Source: Candidatus Saccharimonadota bacterium (lineage in GTDB: Bacteria > Patescibacteriota > Gracilibacteria > BD1-5 > UBA6164). Taken from it: 32,000 nucleotides of DNA. This document shows, in pieces, positions 30,691 to 32,000 of this stretch; the first letter of the stretch is position 1; each line of letters opens with the position of its first letter. Both the position numbers and the translations under genes were made by a program. The stretch is from positions 120,001 through 152,000 of the forward strand of contig OZ245922.1 in assembly GCA_965229705.1 (NCBI GenBank), in the 5' to 3' direction. The notes below the pieces were generated by a model. It was not told the origin of the DNA, made no database searches, and saw nothing but the letters and a program-made list of their open reading frames with translations.

Positions 30691-30709
30691 ATAGAGTAAC
30701 ACTATTTTT

Positions 30710-32000
30710 ATGCATAGAAGTCATAACTGTAATCAACTTACAGCAAAAAATATTTGAGAGCAAGTCATGCTTGCTTGATGGGTGAGTAACCGTCGAGATC
30801 ATGGAGGAATTATTTTTATAGATCTCAGAGATCGTTATGGTCTGACACAAGTGGTGTTTGACCCAGAAGATGATACGGCGTCTTGGGAACTCGCAGACAG
30901 TTTGAGATCAGAATATGTGATCAAGATTCAAGGAACAGTGAGGTCTCGACCAGACGGTCAGAATAACCCAAATATGTTTACGGGAGAAATAGAAGTCATT
31001 GTTTCACAGATAGAGCTTTTATCAAAATCAAAAACTCCTCCTTTTGAACTAGATGAACATGCTACCGAGGCAAAAGAAGATCTCAGACTCAAATATCGCT
31101 ATCTTGACATGAGAAGAAAGAAAATACACGACTTTATTGCCTTTCGTTCAGAGATGACGCACTATACACGAAACTGGTTTATACAGCGAGGCTTTTATGA
31201 TGTACAGACCCCTATTCTTGCAAACTCTTCTCCTGAGTGAGCGAGAGATTTTCTGGTACCGAGTCGGTTGAATCCGGGAACATTTTATGCGCTTCCTCAA
31301 GCACCTCAACAATTTAAGCAACTTCTTATGGTGTGAGGAATAGATAAATATTTTCAGATTGCTCCATGTTTTCGAGATGAAGACCCGCGAGCTGATAGAC
31401 ATGCCGGAGATTTTTATCAAGTGGATTGTGAAATGAGTTTTGTAGAACAGTCAGATATATTTGATGTGGTAGAGTCGTATATTCTCGATATAACACAAGA
31501 ACTCTCATCTCAAGAGATTCTTTCTGAAACTCCGTGAAAAGATACTCTCAGAGAAGGAGGAAAATTTTTTCTCCTTACTCATGAAGCAGCAATTGAAAAA
31601 TATGGTTCAGATAAACCAGATCTCCGCTATGGTATGGAACTCATGGATGTAGATGATATATTTGCTCGTAGTTCCAATGAGATATTCTCATCAATTGCTA
31701 CTGATAAGAAGAAAAATAGGATTAAAGCATTGAAAGTCTCAGGATGAGACACGGTATTTTCCAAAACACAGATGAAATGATTTGAGAGTTATGTGCGTCA
31801 GTTTGGAGCTCAATGACTTGGATATTTTCAGATGAAGGAGGATGGGCTGAAAGGACCACTTAATAAGTTTTTTGAAGAAAAAGATCTCAAAGAAATTGTT
31901 GAGAGAACAGAGCTTGAATTAGGAGATGTGATATTTTTTGGAGCAGGGGAAAGAGAACTTGTATGTCATTATATGGGAAAATTTCGAATATATCTTGCGG
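30710..32000 (+). CDS. aspS: aspartyl-tRNA synthetase (3' end outside the window)
   Basis: [52 protein letters not shown] aligns residue by residue with the E. coli AspRS N-terminus. Class II motifs are [19 protein letters not shown] and [14 protein letters not shown] falls at conserved Gly (30776-30778 in GWV, 31238-31240 in PEGARDF). Confidence 0.95.

Noticed and set aside
30476-30850. 124-aa minus-strand ORF.
   Set aside because: It overlaps the structured aspS leader and the aspS N-terminus in antisense and has no protein-like features.
1-32000. Interpretation of the many TGA-interrupted genes as pseudogenes, or as TGA=Trp (table 4, Mycoplasma-like).
   Set aside because: The interruptions are exclusively TGA and occur in every housekeeping gene. 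They align with conserved Gly (P-loops, GWV, GPHLHF), not with Trp. The tRNA-Trp here has anticodon CCA rather than UCA.

Overview
This is an AT-rich 32-kb chromosomal window from a bacterium that decodes TGA as glycine (translation table 25, as in Gracilibacteria/BD1-5 and Absconditabacteria/SR1 of the CPR/Patescibacteria). The supplied standard-code ORF track therefore fragments almost every gene. All coordinates below come from my own re-reading with TGA=Gly and only TAA/TAG as stops. Read this way the window is densely coding, with about 33 CDS. On the left are rpsA (partial), rpsB, a small membrane protein and tsf. An IS481-family insertion sequence follows, then tRNA-Trp(CCA) and tRNA-Cys(GCA). 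Next come a lipoprotein/membrane-protein pair, gatC-recF, and a large Ig-like/FN3-like surface protein. An AbiEi-like protein and an MscS-family channel follow. A minus-strand cell-envelope operon encodes a polytopic membrane protein, YmdB-like phosphoesterase, a small membrane protein, and an M23 peptidase fused to a glucosaminidase-like domain. After it come a polyprenyl glycosylphosphotransferase, a 7TM protein, tsaE, a STAS protein, a GT4 glycosyltransferase, and an N-terminally truncated MutS. The right part holds a zinc-ribbon protein, 7TM-GAF histidine kinase and OmpR-type regulator operon, with a second divergent OmpR-type regulator. It ends with a flavoprotein oxidoreductase module, lexA, and aspS (partial). 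The non-genic points of interest are: (i) a family of about 150-bp MITE-like palindromic elements, with three full copies, a related second family, a nested copy and a solo terminus, sitting at gene 3' ends and in two or three cases supplying the stop codon; (ii) a T-box-like leader upstream of aspS whose best specifier candidate is an Asn codon rather than an Asp codon; (iii) a 27-bp palindrome over the lexA promoter with a second copy of the same half-sites and spacing near the tRNAs; (iv) a MutS lacking its mismatch-recognition half. I saw no CRISPR array, rRNA gene or obvious defence island. Everything is based on reading the sequence and remembered family signatures; no database search was run.
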